Source: Anthoceros angustus (Eukaryota; Plantae; Anthocerotophyta). Taken from it: 64,000 nt of DNA. How positions within the stretch are numbered: position 1 is the first letter of the stretch; every line of letters starts with the position of its first letter. The translations under genes were made by a program, and so were the position numbers. The notes under the pieces are model-generated. The model saw only the letters and a list, made by a program, of their open reading frames with translations. It was not told where the DNA came from and did no database searches. Shown one piece after another: positions 1 through 13,800 of this stretch. The DNA is taken from assembly GCA_010909165.1 (NCBI GenBank), contig VJWM01000108.1:930001-994000 (forward strand), given 5' to 3'.

Positions 1-3000
1 GAAGAGCGAGAATTGGTGGCACGCCACAAGGCCACGGAGAGAAGGTTGGCGCAAGACTTCAAGCCTAACGTGTGTGCAGAGTGTGTTACCAACAAGGAAG
101 AGTGTTCAAGGTGAAATTTGAAGCTCTCAAATTGAGAGTAATTTCCTTCCTTGGAGGGAAGGACGCCACCATGCCTCGAGTGGAAAGGCAAGGGAAGGAG
201 CCACAAAGGCTCTCTCGCGAGGAGGAAAGGAAAAGAAGGTGGAGCCGCCAGAGGGGTGAGGTGATGCCTCAATTCACTGGTCACAGCTCAACCCCAGATT
301 TGGTTGATTTTCGGCAGAGGAGGAGAACATCCAACTGGGATGGGTGTATGGCCGCCAATGGGCCTACACCAATTTGGAATTGATTGAGGAGTGTTACATC
401 AACCTCCATCAATCGGAAGCGCCTGCCGCACTAAGAGAATGCTGATCCGCCGGATTCAAGTATTCGGCAGTGTATGGAAGACCGAGGAGGAGAGCTCGAA
501 TTGCTCTCTCGAAAGGTCGAATGGAGGAAGAGGACTCTCCGACATCCCGCAGAGTTCCTCGACATGATGGATGGAGGAGTGAAAGCCCACGCCAAGAATG
601 GCTGGAAGACCGAGAGCATCAAGGAGTCAAGTGGAGGCTCTTCGCAAAGATTGTGCTGGGGTTGGTAAATTACCAACGCACTTTATTTCAAAGACCAACT
701 TCCTCCAATTTTTGTGGAAGATTTCCATGGGAGCCAAGCCGATTGGGGACTATCATGTATGAGGCCTACATCCACCATCGAGAGAAGCTCCTCAAGCCAA
801 ATTCGTGGATGAGGAAGGGCCAAGGCTCGCTACCTTAGCACCTATTTGGTGCATTTATGGGAAACCGAGGACTTCTCACAAGCAAGGAGCTTGAAGATGC
901 ATGGCATCCCTTTGAGGTCATCCACCTCCACCGAGGTTGGAAAGGCCTTTGCCTTTGCATCAGGAAGACGGTGGGAGGTCGACTCCACAAGCATGCTAGA
1001 AGCAAGAGGAGAAGATGCGAGGCAACAAGGTTGCCGGAGTGGGAATCCTTTCCCCACAGAGCAAGGAGAGAAGGTGAACCGCCGAGAAGGCCGAATGGTG
1101 GTCTATGAGAGAAGGACCACAGGAGGGGTGATGCCCCAGAGTGGGGAGTCCCCACCATCTCCTTTGTGCCTACGAGAGAGGCACCCCACGACTACCCTGT
1201 AGGGAGGCGCCACCCAAGGGGTGGGCAGCATCAGGTAGGCGCCACCACCATGGTAGGTAGGCACTACCACGGGGAGCACCACCAGTAGGCGGTGCACCCC
1301 ACGCGCCAGCACCAGCTGGAAGGGAAGGAGAAGCAGAGCGCGAGCGGCGCCGAGGCCACCATCTCCGCTACCGGGTGGGAGAGCGGATGGAGCGACAAGG
1401 AAGGGACCCGCCGATGGCCCGAAGGTGGAGAGCTGGAAATTTCAAAGAAGAAGAGAGGGGTGGAATTAGGACCCCTAGGAGAATTGCCGGGAGCTTGTGA
1501 AGCACTCACCGTGGATTTGAAGGGGCTAGGGACCTAGCAGCCTCCTTGTGGGCATGCCAAGAGGAAGTGAAATCTCAAGACATGGCCGGAAGGAAAAGGC
1601 AAGGGAAGGAGCCGCCAGCAAGGCCTCGCGAGGAGGAAAGGAAAAGAAGGTGGAGCCGCGCCAGTGAGGGGTGAGGTGATGCCTCAATTCACTTGCTTTG
1701 CAGCTCAACCCCGAGATTTGGTTGATTTTCGGGCGGAGGAGGAGAACATCCAACTAGGATGGGTGTATGGCCGCCAATGGGCCTACACCAATTTGGAATT
1801 GATTGAGGAGTGTTACATCAACCTCCATCAATCGGAAGCGCCTGCCGCACTACCGGAGAGGAATGCGAACGATCCCGCTTGGACCCAAGTATTCGGCAGT
1901 GTATGGAAGACCGGAGGAAGAGAGCTCGAATTGCTCTCGAAAGGTCGGAGGAAGAGGACAGCCTCGACATCCCGCAGGAGTTCCTTGACATGATGGATGG
2001 AGGAGTGAAAGCCCACGCCAAGAATGGCTGGAAGACCGAGAGCATCAAGGAGTCAAGTGGAGGCTCTTCGCAAAGATTGTGCGGTAAATTACCAACGCAC
2101 TTTATTTCAAAGACCAACTTCCTCCAATTTTTGTGGAAGATTTCCATGGGAGCCAAGCCGATTGGGGACTATCATGTATGAGGCCTACATCCACCATCGA
2201 GAAGCTCCTCAAGCCAAATTGGATGAGGAAGGGCCAAGGCCCGCTACCTTAGCACCTATTTGGTGCATTTATGGGAAACCGAGGACTTCACAAGCAAGGA
2301 GCTTGAAGATGCATGGCATCCCTTTGAGGTCATCCACCTCCAGAGGTTGGAAAGGCCTTTACCTTTGCATTGGAAGACGGTGGGAGGTCGACCTCCACAA
2401 GCATGCTAGAAGCAAGAGGAGAAGATGCGAGGCAACAAGGTTGCCGAGTGGGAATCTTTCCCCACAGTGAGCAAGCAAGGGAGAGGAGAACCGCCGAGGA
2501 AGGCCGAATGGTGGTCTATGAGAGAAGGACCAGGAGGGGTGACCGAGAGTGGGGAGTCCCCACCATCTCCTTTGTGCCTACGAGAGAGGCACCCCTGATC
2601 ACCCAGGGGAGGCGCCCACCCAAGGGGTGGGCATCATGCAGGGCGCCCCCACCATGGTAGGTAGGCACTACCACGGGGAGCCACCGCTGTAGGCGTGCAC
2701 CCCACGCCAGAAGACCAGCGGTGGAAGGGAAGGAGAACGCGAGGCGCCGCGAGCGGCGCCGAGGCCACCATCTCCCGCGCTGGGTGGGAGAGCGGATGGA
2801 GCGACAGTGAAGGGACCCGCGCCGCCGCGCGATGGCCCGAAGGCAGGAGAGCTGGAAATTTCCAGCAAGAAGACAGGAGGGGTGGAATTAGGACCCCTAG
2901 GAGAATTGCTGGGAGCTTGTGAAGCACTCAGCCGCGTGGATTTGAAGGGGGCTAGGGACCTAGCAGCCTCCTTGTGGGCATGCCAAGAGGAAGTGAAATC

Positions 3001-6000
3001 TCAAGACATGGCCGGAAGAAAGGCAGGGACCAAATGGCAATTGGAGCCATGGAGTCCGATGAAAAGGCAGCCAAATTGGAAAAGGTCAGGAGAAGCTCCA
3101 ACGACCTCATAGAACAGCGCACGGAGAAAGCCCTGAGGGAAGTTGTCTGTCAAGAAAGAGCCATTCGGCAACAACCCAAAAGGATTCTTGGAGGCAAAAG
3201 GCGGAAGAGCATTTTGCCCAATTAGAGCAAGAAAGGAAAAGCAAGGCCGAGGCACTAGGAAAGGAGAAGCGTGCAACGAAGTGGCCGCATGAGCAGTGAT
3301 GGCTACTCAAGCTATCAAAATCCGGGATATGGGAGAGGAGCAAGGCCGAGAAGGCCGAATGGTGGTCTATGAGAGAAGGACCACAGGAGGGGTGTGAGTG
3401 GGGAGTCCCCACCATCTCCTTTGTGCCTACGAGAGAGGCACCCAGACTACCTGGAGGCGCCCAAGGGGTGGGCGGACTACCGTGGTAGGCAGTCAGCCTA
3501 CCATGGTAGGTAGGCAGACTACCACGGGGAGCAGCCTCCGCAGTGGCGGGCACCCCTCGCCGCGCAGCCTCTGGCGGGGAAGGGAAGGAGAAGAACGCGA
3601 GGTGCCGCGAGCGGCGCCGAGGCCACCATCTCCGCTTGGGTGGGAGGCGGATGGAGCGCGAGTGAAGGGACCAGCGCCGCCGATGGCCCGAAGTGTGGAG
3701 AGCTGGAAATTTCCAGCAAGAAGAGAGGGGTGGAATTAGGACCCCTAGGAGAATTCTGGGGAGCTTGTGAAGCACTCGGCGTGGATTTGAAGGGGCTAGG
3801 GACCTAGCAGCCTCCTTGTGGGCATGCCAAGAGGTGAAATCTCAAGACATGGCCGGAAGAAAGGCAGGGACCAAATGGCAATTGGAGGCCATGGAGTCCG
3901 ATGAAAAGGCAGCCAAATTGGAAAAGGTCAGGAGAAGCTCCAACGACCTCATGGTACGCGGAGAAAGCCCTGAGGGAAGTTGTCGTCAAGAAAGAGCCAT
4001 TCGGCAACAACCCAAAAGGATTCTTGGAGGCAAAAGGCGGAAGAGCATTTTGCCCAATTAGAGCAAGAAAGGAAAAGCAAGGAGGCACTAGGAAAGGAGA
4101 AGCGAGCAACTCGGTGGCCGCACATGAGCAGTGATGGCTACTCAAGCTATCAAAATCCGGATATGGGAGAGGAGTTGAGAAGGACCCGGTACAATTTGGA
4201 AGAGGAGCGCGAGCGAGAAGCACAAGACCGTGAGTCGGAGCGCGAAAGATGCTTGGCAAGCGAGAGGAAGGGGCTTGCCCAAGAATTAGCGACTGGAACA
4301 AAGGAGGTCTGGAGGAGGAGAGCTCGAATTGCTCTCCTCGAAAGGTCGAATGGAGGAAGAGGACAGCCTCGACATCCCGCAGGAGTTCCTTGACATGATG
4401 GATGGAGGAAGGCCCACGCCAAGAATGGTCGGAAGACCGAGAGCATCAAGGAGTCAAGTGGAGGCTCTTCGCAAAGATTGTGCTGTTGGTAAATTACCAA
4501 CGCACTTCTTATTTCAAAGACCAACTTCCTCCAATTTTTGTGGAAGATTTCCATGGGAGCCAAGCCGATTGGGGACTATCATGTATGAGGCCTACATCCA
4601 CCATCGAGAGAAGCTCCTCAAGCCAAATTGTGGATGAGGAAGGCCAAGGCCTGCTACTTAGCACCTATTTGGTGCATTTGGGAAACCGAGGGACTTCACA
4701 AGCAAGGAGCTTGAAGATGCATGGCATCCCTTTGAGGTCATCCACCTCCACCGAGGTTGGAAAGGCCTTTACCTTTGCATTGCGAAGACGGTGGGAGGTC
4801 GACTCCACAAGCATGCTAGAAGCAAGAGGAGAAGATGCGAGGCAACAAGGTTGCCGAGTGGGAATCTTTCCCCACAGAGCAAGGGAGAGAGCAAGAAGGC
4901 CGAGGAAGGCCGAATGGTGGTCTATGAGAGAAGGACCAGAGGGGTGATGCCCGAGTGGGGAGTCCCCACCATCTCCTTTGTGCCTACGAGAGAGGCACCT
5001 GACTACCCTGAGGGAGGCGCCCACCCAAGGGGTGGGCAGCCATCAGAGGCCACCCCACCATGGTAGGTAGGCACTACCAGGGGAGTACCGCTAGGGTGCA
5101 CCCCACGCCAAAACAGCCTCTGGCGGGGAAGGGAAGGAGAAGCAACGCGAGGTGCCGCGAGCGGCGCCGAGGCCACCATCTCCGCGCTGGGGAGAGCGGA
5201 TGGAGCGACGGAAGGGACCACACCGCTGATGGCCCGGGTGGAGAGCTGGAAATTTCCAGCAAGAAGAAGAGGTGGAATTAGGACCCCTAGGAGAATTGCT
5301 GAGCTTGTGAAGCACTCACCGTGGATTTGAAGGGGCTAGGGACCCAGCAGCCTCCTTGTGGGCATGCCAAGAGGAAGTGAAATCTCAAGACATGGCCGGA
5401 AGAAAGGCAGGGACCAAATGGCAATTGGAGCCATGGAGTCCGATGAAAAGGCAGCCAAATTGGAAAAGGTCAGGAGAAGCTCCAACGACCTCATAGAACA
5501 GCGCACGGAGAAAGCCCTGAGGGAAGTTGTCTGTCAAGAAAGAGCCATTCGGCAACAACCCAAAAGGATTCTTGGAGGCAAAAGGCGGAAGAGCATTTTG
5601 CCCAATTAGAGCAAGAAGGAAAAGCAAGGCCGAGGCACTAGGAAAGGAGAAGCGTCCAAAGAAGTGGCCGCATGAGCAGTGATGGCTACTCAAGCTATCA
5701 AAATCCGGGATAAGGGAGAGGAGCAAGAACCGCCGAGGAAGGCAATGGTGGTCTATGAGAGAAGGACCAGGAGGGGTGATGCCCGAGTGGGGAGTCCCCA
5801 CCATCTCCTTTGTGCCTACGAGAGAGGCACCCCGGCTGACCCGAGGGGAGGCGCCCACCCAAGGGTCAGGTAGCCACCACCACCATGGTAGGTAGGCACT
5901 ACCAGGGGAGCCACCGCAGGGGTCACCCCACGCCAGCTACCAGGTGGAAGGAAGGAGAAGAACGCGAGGTGCCGCGAGCGGCGCCGAGGCCACCATCTCC

Positions 6001-9000
6001 GCTACCGGGTGGGAGAGCGGATGGAGCGAGGTGAAGGGACCAAGGCCGATGGCCCGGGTGGAGAGCTGGAAATTTCAAAGAAGAAGAGAGGGGTGGAATT
6101 AGGACCCCTAGGAGAATTGCCGAGCTTGTGAAGCACTCAGTGGTGGATTTGAAGGGGCTAGGGACCTAGCAGCCTCCTTGTGGGCATGCCAAGAGGAAGT
6201 GAAATCTCAAGACATGGCCGGAAGAAAGGCAGGGACCAAATGGCAATTGGAGCCATGGAGTCCGATGAAAAGGCAGCCAAATTGGAAAAGGTGGAGAAGC
6301 TCCACGACCTCATAGAACAGCGCGCTGAGAAGGTCGAGGGAAGTTGTCACAAGTCAAGAAAGAGCCATTCGGCAACAACCCAAAAGGATTCTTGGAGGCA
6401 AAAGGCGGAAGAGCATTTTGCCCAATTAGAGCAAGAAGGAAAAGCAAGGCCGAGGCACTAGGAAAGGAGAAGCACCAAAGAAGTACGCATGAGCAGTGTG
6501 ATGGCTACTCAAGCTATCAAAATCCGGATATGGGAGAGGAGTTGAGAAGGACCCGACAATTTGGAAGAGGAGCGCGAGCGAGAAGCACAAGACTGTGAGT
6601 CGGAGCGCGAAAGATGCTTGGCAAGCGAGAGGAAGGGGCTTGCCCAAGAATTAGCGACTGGAACAAAGGAGGTCTGGAGGAGGAGCCACAAGAAGGTGGT
6701 GCATGAATGCCGGTAGTGAGGAAGCGCGATTTTGGGCATTATGCCCTTCGTGCAAAATTGGCCAGCCAAATAAAGGAAGTGAGGGAGGAGAATGTAACCT
6801 CCATGAAGGTGGGAGAATTGACCACCTCAAGAGATGCCTACAAGGTAGGTGCGAGGATGGAGAGTGGCCCACGAGATTGATGATCTCCAAATGCAGATCA
6901 CAACTTGGGGCTCACCTCCACAACAGATCTTGAAGGCCAACAACGAAGTCTTACTTGGCCAAGGAGGACATTGGGTCCTCATGATGATGACAGGAGCCGC
7001 AACAAGTGCAAGAGGCCTCCGATTTTGATGAGGCCATCGAAATGGACTCCGAGGAACTGAGGAGTCGAGGTGAAGGAGCCACCGCGACACCGTGATCGGG
7101 AGACGGCGCGAGAGCAAGGAGGGGCCCCCAGGGGTCACCCTACCAGACCACCACCACGTAGTCCGCTGACACCGCGGGGACAACCACCACGCCGGTAGTC
7201 CGCTGATCACCGAGGCAGCCCGCGGCACGTTGTTGGGAGTTGGGACGCGGCCCAATCAAGATGGAAAAGGCCGGGCAGAAGATACCACCTAAGGAGCCTG
7301 GGTGGTGGGAGAGACAACCCCACCGGAGGAAACTAAGGACGGGTCCGACCCGCCGAGGAAGGAAGGGTGAGGAATCTTATCCCACGTAAGGGAGGAACCG
7401 GACCCGAGGAGGAGTCCAACGCAAAAGGGCCCGAGAGATTAGGCAAAATCCGCATGGTGGGCGATGGGGATGAAGGGTGCTCTATGATAGGTATGGACAA
7501 CCAAAAGGCAAGAGCAATGAAGATCCCGACCCAAGAAACCCTCACCGAGCGGAGAAGAAGGAAGGAGTTAGGGGCCGACTACCACGATGGTAGGTCACCA
7601 CCTTTAGTCCGACCACCGTAGGGTGCGAAAATGATCGCGACGAGGCGAGAGATGGAGGAAGGGCGCAGGTGCGCGCGGGAAGCGCGATTGCGGAGGGCCA
7701 GGAATCGCCGCCCATGGAGATGGAGGAAGGGCAAGATTGTACTTGCCCCACACATTAGGAAGCGACAAAGGCCGGGAAGGGGCAAGAGCAAAAGGAGGGC
7801 GAGGGAGCCAATCCACCACGGACACGTCACCACCCCAAATGGTGAAGACTAGATATGGTCAAGGGACCAGCGCGTGGAAAGCGAGCTGGAAATTTCCAGC
7901 AAGAAGACAGGAGGGTGGAATTAGGACCCCTAGGAGAATTCTGGGAGCTTGTGAAGCACTCACCGTGGATTTGAAGGGGCTAGGGACCTAGCAGCCTCCT
8001 TGTGGGCATGCCAAGAGGAAGTGAAATCTCAAGACATGGCGGAAGAAAGGCAGGACTAAGTGGCAATTGGAAGCCATGGAGTCGATGAAAAGGCAGCCAA
8101 ATTGGAAAAGGTCAGGAGAAGCTCGTAGCGACCTCATAGAACAAGCGACGGAGAAAGCGGAGGGAAGTTGTCAAGTCAAGAAAGAGCCATTCGGGCAACA
8201 ACCCAAAAGGATTCTTGGAGGCAAAAGGCGGAAGAGCATTTTGCCCAACTGGAGCAAGAAGGAAAAGCAAGGCTGAGGCACTAGGAAAGGAGAAGCAGGC
8301 AACTCAGCAAGTGGCCGCACATGAGCAGGTGATGGCTACTCAAGCTATCAAAATCCGGGATATGGGAGAGGAGTTGAGAAGGACCCGGTACAATTTGGAA
8401 GAGGAGCGCGCGGAGCGAGAAGCACAAGACCAGGGCGGAGGCCGAGGAATTGGCAAGCGGAGAAAGAGGGGCTTGCCATTAGAACTGGAACAAAGGAGGT
8501 CTCGAGGAGGCGCCACAAGAAGGTGGTGCATAGAATCGGTAGTGAGGAAGCGGCGATTTTGGGCGACTATGCCCTTCGTGCAAAATTGGCCAGCCATAAA
8601 GGAAGTGAGGGAGGAGAATGTAACCTCCATGTGAAGGTGGGAGAATTGCAAGAGATGCCTACAAGGTAGGTGCGAGGATGGAGTGGCCCACGGAGATTGA
8701 TGATCTCCAAATGCAATATCACAACTTGGGGCTCACCTCCAGATCTTGAAGGCCAACAACGAAGTCTTACGGTTGGCCAAAGGAGGACATTGGGTCCTCA
8801 TGATGATGATGAAGGAGCCGCAACAAGTGCAGCCAGAGGCCTCCGATTTTGATGAGGCCATCGAAATGGACTCCGAGGAACTGAGGAGTCGAGGTGAAGG
8901 AGCCACCGCGACACCGTGATCGGGAGACGGCGCGAGAGCAAGGAGGGGCCCCCAGGGGTCACCCTACCAGACCACCACCACGTAGTCCGCTGACACCGCG

Positions 9001-9700
9001 GGGACAACCACCACGCCGGTAGTCCGCTGATCACCGAGGCAGCCCGCGGCACGTTGTTGGGAGTTGGGACGCGGCCCAATCAAGATGGAAAGGCCGGGCA
9101 GAAGATACCACCTAAGGAGCCTGGGTGGTGGGAGAGACAACCCCACCGGAGGAAACTAAGGACGGGTCCGACCCGCCGAGGAAGGAAGGGTGAGGAATCT
9201 TATCCCACGTAAGGGAGGAACCGGACCCGAGGAGGAGTCCAACGCAAAAGGGCCCGAGAGATTAGGCAAAATCCGCATGGTGGGCGATGGGGATGAAGGG
9301 TGCTCTATGATAGGTATGGACAACCAAAAGGCAAGAGCAATGAAGATCCCGACCCAAGAAACCCTCACCGAGCGGAGAAAGAAGGAAGGAGTTAGGGGCC
9401 GACTACCACGATGGTAGGTCACCACCTTTAGTCCGACCACCGTAGGGTGCGAAAATGATCGCGACGAGGCGAGAGATGGAGGAAGGCGCCTAGGTGCGCG
9501 CGGGAAGCGCGATTGCGGAGGGCCAGGAATCGCCGCCCATGGAGATGGAGGAAGGGCAAGATTGTACTTGCCCCACACATTAGGAAGCGACAAAGGCCGG
9601 GAAGGGGCAAGAGCAAAAGGAGGGCGAGGGAGCCAATCCACCACGGACACGTCACCACCCCAAATGGTGAAGACTAGATATGGTCAAGGGACCATAAATG
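1..9700 (+). mobile_element. Scrambled tandem duplications of an LTR-retrotransposon 3' internal region with a decayed accessory ORF (coiled-coil plus Cys-rich segment)
   Basis: The marker gggcatgccaagagg recurs at ~1550, 2976, 3821, 5361, 6182 and 8003 with irregular spacing. 6330-7870 is largely repeated at 8060-9690. Recurring peptides include AEEHFAQLEQ..ATQAIKIRDMGEELRRTRYNLEEERERE and a C-x2-C..CPSC..CKRC cluster. The block lies directly upstream of a PPT and LTR. No RT or integrase motif was seen. Confidence 0.5.
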
Positions 9701-9702
9701 CT

Positions 9703-9722
9703 AGGTAGAAGAATAGGAAGGA
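9703..9722 (+). other. Polypurine tract (PPT) abutting the LTR
   Basis: aggtagaagaataggaagga lies immediately before TGTGA. Confidence 0.55.
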
Positions 9723-10748
9723 TGTGATGTAATCGACATCCTTCGAGGATAGACTTAGGTGAAGTTGCTAGAATAGAATTTACCAAGGACATAATAGACT
9801 TAGGTGCCGACATTAAATGTCAAGGTAGGAAATAATAGAATTGGAAAAGGTGACCGCAGAGGGTCACCCAAGGGAGGTTGTATGTGGAAGGCCTCCTATA
9901 AGAGGAGGAGGATTTCACAAAGTAAAGTATCATGTCTTGCGCCCACGCCACCTCGAGTCCTTTGCCATTACAGAGGAATTTCGTCAGGAGCCAACACATT
10001 CTGTAGAGAGGAAGTCGCGGTGGTCGGAGTGCTTGGTGGAGGACTTGCTCGCAAGTGCCTAAACGAGTTGCTCCCTTGTGAATGGTTGCCGTGAAATTGC
10101 TTTGCTTTGGGTGTGTGGCAAATGCCTGAGAACTCTCGGCTTGAGGGTAGACTACAGGAAAGACTGGAGGTTCTCGCCGTGTCAAACTCATAGCAACCGC
10201 CCAAGGAAGAACTTGCTGGTGGAGGCGACCTGTGTGCCAGCCGTAAGGGCGAGTCGAAACCAAGAAGCCCGAATCGAGGTTAGACTAGGAGGAAGAGGAT
10301 GAGGAGATGAGAAGATGAGTAGAGGATTAGAGGTGTAGGTGTTAGTGGAAGGCCACGTGCAGAGCCTAAGGGACGAATCCCAAATCAAGTAAACGAGCGC
10401 CCCGAGTGGAGAAGAGTAGTCTTAGAAGTAGGGACGAATCATGTGTGAACTGGGGTCCCCGCCCGTGGTAGGCTCTTTCACCGAGGCTGACCCGCAATTG
10501 TGTTGTGTCGCTAGGTCAAGTTTGGTCTTAGAAGTAGGGACGAAATCGCTGTGAACTGGGGTCCCCGGCGCCTGGTAGGCCTTTGTCACGAGGCTGACCC
10601 GCAATTGTTTTGTGTGTGGGTCGAGGTTGGCGATTTTCGAGCGGTGCAAGTGGTGCAGCCGTGAGAGGGAGAGTAGGGCGCCTTGCTTGTTGAGAAGGCC
10701 GAGAGTGTGCAGTAGCGATTGGTGACCACAAGGCCTCGAACTTTCACA
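9723..10748 (+). mobile_element. Probable 3' LTR (~1026 bp)
   Basis: Begins TGTGA and ends TCACA (5 bp inverted termini) and is preceded by a PPT. It contains a TATA-like cctcctATAAGaggagg palindrome (9892-9908) and an internal ~80-105 bp direct duplication (~10422 and ~10529). There is no second LTR in the window to confirm the boundaries. Confidence 0.55.
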
Positions 10749-10854
10749 CAAGTCTCATGGGACGAAACCCAACGACGGGCGACAATGGGATAAGTGTACG
10801 CTTATAGTGGGAGGACCCGGGAGTGCCCCGATTCTCCCTACCACACCGCAGACC

Positions 10855-13800
10855 GTAGCCTTGATATTACAAATATAGTATTTTAGCACCATAGGCACTT
10901 ACGGAAAACGTGCTTGGTATGCCCTCGAACGCTTCACATGGGACACATGCAATTCTCATCACATGGATACCACCTCTTCACACACGAGTAACTGGGACGA
11001 TGGCATTCTTGTCACCTACTCCTAGGGTAATTACATAAACCTTCTTTTCATAATCACCCGGTGGGAGCAGGCGGTTGTAGAACCCCAAATTGTTTCCAAT
11101 AGGCTTGGCACCACCACCTTCTCACACGTAGGCCAAGGTGTGTTTACAGATGGCACCTACACAAAACAAATCATACATCAAAGTTAGGCACATGCTTTTC
11201 AACCACATTAGAGAAAGAAGATAATCGCCTTAATACACTCAAGGAAATCAACCGCCTATGTTACCTTTTTCTTTTTATCACCATTTTCTCCAACAATATT
11301 ACCAAGCCCACACATTCCACATCATGTCATTAGATAAGGTCGACCCTTCGTGGACACGCCACCGACTGAACCATTCATCGACTATCCGGTTTGCCTCATA
11401 GCGGATGAATCGAACGCGTCATGCATATCGATCCAACAACTTTTGTGTGCAGGTGCAAAAAGACATGAACTCGATATAGGCATCTTCACGAAAGTGGCAA
11501 CACTGGTGACCAAGGGGCACGGCCGCAGGTGTGAGGCGCCGCCCAACAGCGTGGCCGATGCACACTTGCAGCACGCTCTCAAGCATGTAGGCACGCCCTC
11601 AAGGATGCACGCGCGTCCACACACGATGCATGTGCGCCTTTTCACATTGAGTTTGGCTGCTTTCTTCATGCCATTCCATGGTTGCGATCTCGACAGGATT
11701 GCCTTTTGATGACAAGCCCTACACACGACATCAACAAAGAACATCTCGGATAGCAGCAACATTTTGGCGTCGTAGCTTTGACCCACGAGGCACTCAAGCA
11801 CGAGGAAAAGCGGTTCATAAGTTCATTGTGCTTATCTCGCTTCTTTGGTCGCCTCCTTTGAAAAGGATCTAGAAGCTCTTACCACGCCGAGTGACTTGTG
11901 GAGTGAAGCGGGATCTTGATTGACGCCACGCGATTCCGCTGATCGGATAATGAGGATCGGAGTGGCACGAGGAAATCGTTGAGCTTTGCCCTCGAGTAGA
12001 TGAGTCCAACGGGCGGTGGTGTTATTGAGATCCTCCTCGGATCACACATTAGCGTGGACCGTCAAAGTCTTGGGTTTTAGCATCTTGCAATATGTGTCAT
12101 TGATGATACAGGATGTACCCTCTACACTAGTACAAAAATCATGGCTCGAAACCATGAAGAGAATCAAGGACTTGCTCAAAGGATCTTATGCATTGATTAT
12201 AATAATAGAAAGTACATAATATTTGTGTGAAGTAGGTGTGTTATAGGTTGTTGTAACCAAAATAACCAATTAAGTAACTAATTAAATTACTTCTAGTCCT
12301 AAAAATTAAATAATTTTAATTTCTAAAATATCAATATCATTCAACACCAAATCTGCAGACTTGGTATACTAAACAATGTGGCGGTCCGGCCGTCTGCGAG
12401 CATTCTCCCATCATTACGTGAGCCAACTACTAGGGACTACAACATTATGAAATAGGAATCTACTCAATAATTTTTTTGTCATCGGGTTCAGCTCGACACT
12501 TGTGACATAAAGCCAACTTCCGTGTGCAATGATAATGAAGAATGCTTTGATAGGTTGAAGTTGGTATGGGTGGCTTACTCGATAAATTGAAGCAATCTCT
12601 TGAACAACTCTACATTGCAAGGAATATATCTCGTGTGCCCTTTTGAAGAAAGCCAAACTCACCTCCGTATAGTCTAATAAGGGCTGAACAAGGCATGGTT
12701 GAGCTCGTCAATGAAAGAGGAAACCTAATCCTTTCATCCCCACCTCCACAACTATGTACCCTTTCATAGGCTTCTTGCTTTCTTTTCCATTGCTATCCTC
12801 ATCACATGCATTACTTCTAAGACCCAGAACGGCTTTAGAAAGTTCATGGAGCTTTGTTTTGATTTCATTTTGAACTATCAATTTGGTTCTTGCAAGAACA
12901 AGTGCTATTTTTTTGCAAGAACTGTATACTCACTTTATATGATATATCGTCTTCCTACCATGATATACATATATATAGCATATTATCTCAAGTGAGGAAT
13001 CACTCTTATGGTAGTCTTTCATACTAAGACATGCATGTATAGCATACTATCTTAGAAGTGTAACTACTTTTATGATAGTCTTTTCCACCAAGACATACAT
13101 ATATAGCATACAAATATCTCCTTGGATCTTGACCTCACGTGATCTACCAAAATAGAAGGAAAATAAAATAAGAAATAAATAATGTTAATTCTAGAATTTA
13201 AAGGATACCTTATGAATTGGGCCTTAATATGTCAAATATTTCAGCACTCTCACCCACTATTTCACCACTCTCACTCACTATGAAGTAGGGATGAAAATTA
13301 GCTACCTAAAGAGCCAAACCATGAGCCTAACTCCCACTAAGCAGGAAACTAGGTGCTTAAGAACATACTCCAACCTTAAGTTCATAAAGAAATGAATTAA
13401 GCTAGAGGAAAACATTTCCAAAAATATGTTTTAAATACAAGGAAAACATGAATACGGAAATGCCTAGATAGCTCAATATGAGTATCCCGGAATATCAATT
13501 GCTTAAAATAAACGGAATAATGTCGGATGGCCCATCTACCAACCGAAAACGGTGCATAGGGAAACTGTTGCAATCCATCTATGATAGGTGTTACTGGCTG
13601 ATGCAAGCGTGGCCATGGCGCCTTGCAAATCGACCACGAGAGCACCTATATTGCGAGGCACCGGCCTGGCTTACTCTACACACCTCGGCGGTGGCGGCAA
13701 TGGCGGCCTCCTCCACCCACCTTGCCCGCACTCCGTGTAGCCTTGATATTACAAATATAGTATTTTTAGCACCATAGGCACTTACGGAAAACGTGCTTGG

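Noticed and set aside
9664-9705. gag start (MVKTRYGQG)
   Set aside because: It terminates within a few codons and sits just before the PPT, which is the wrong position for gag.
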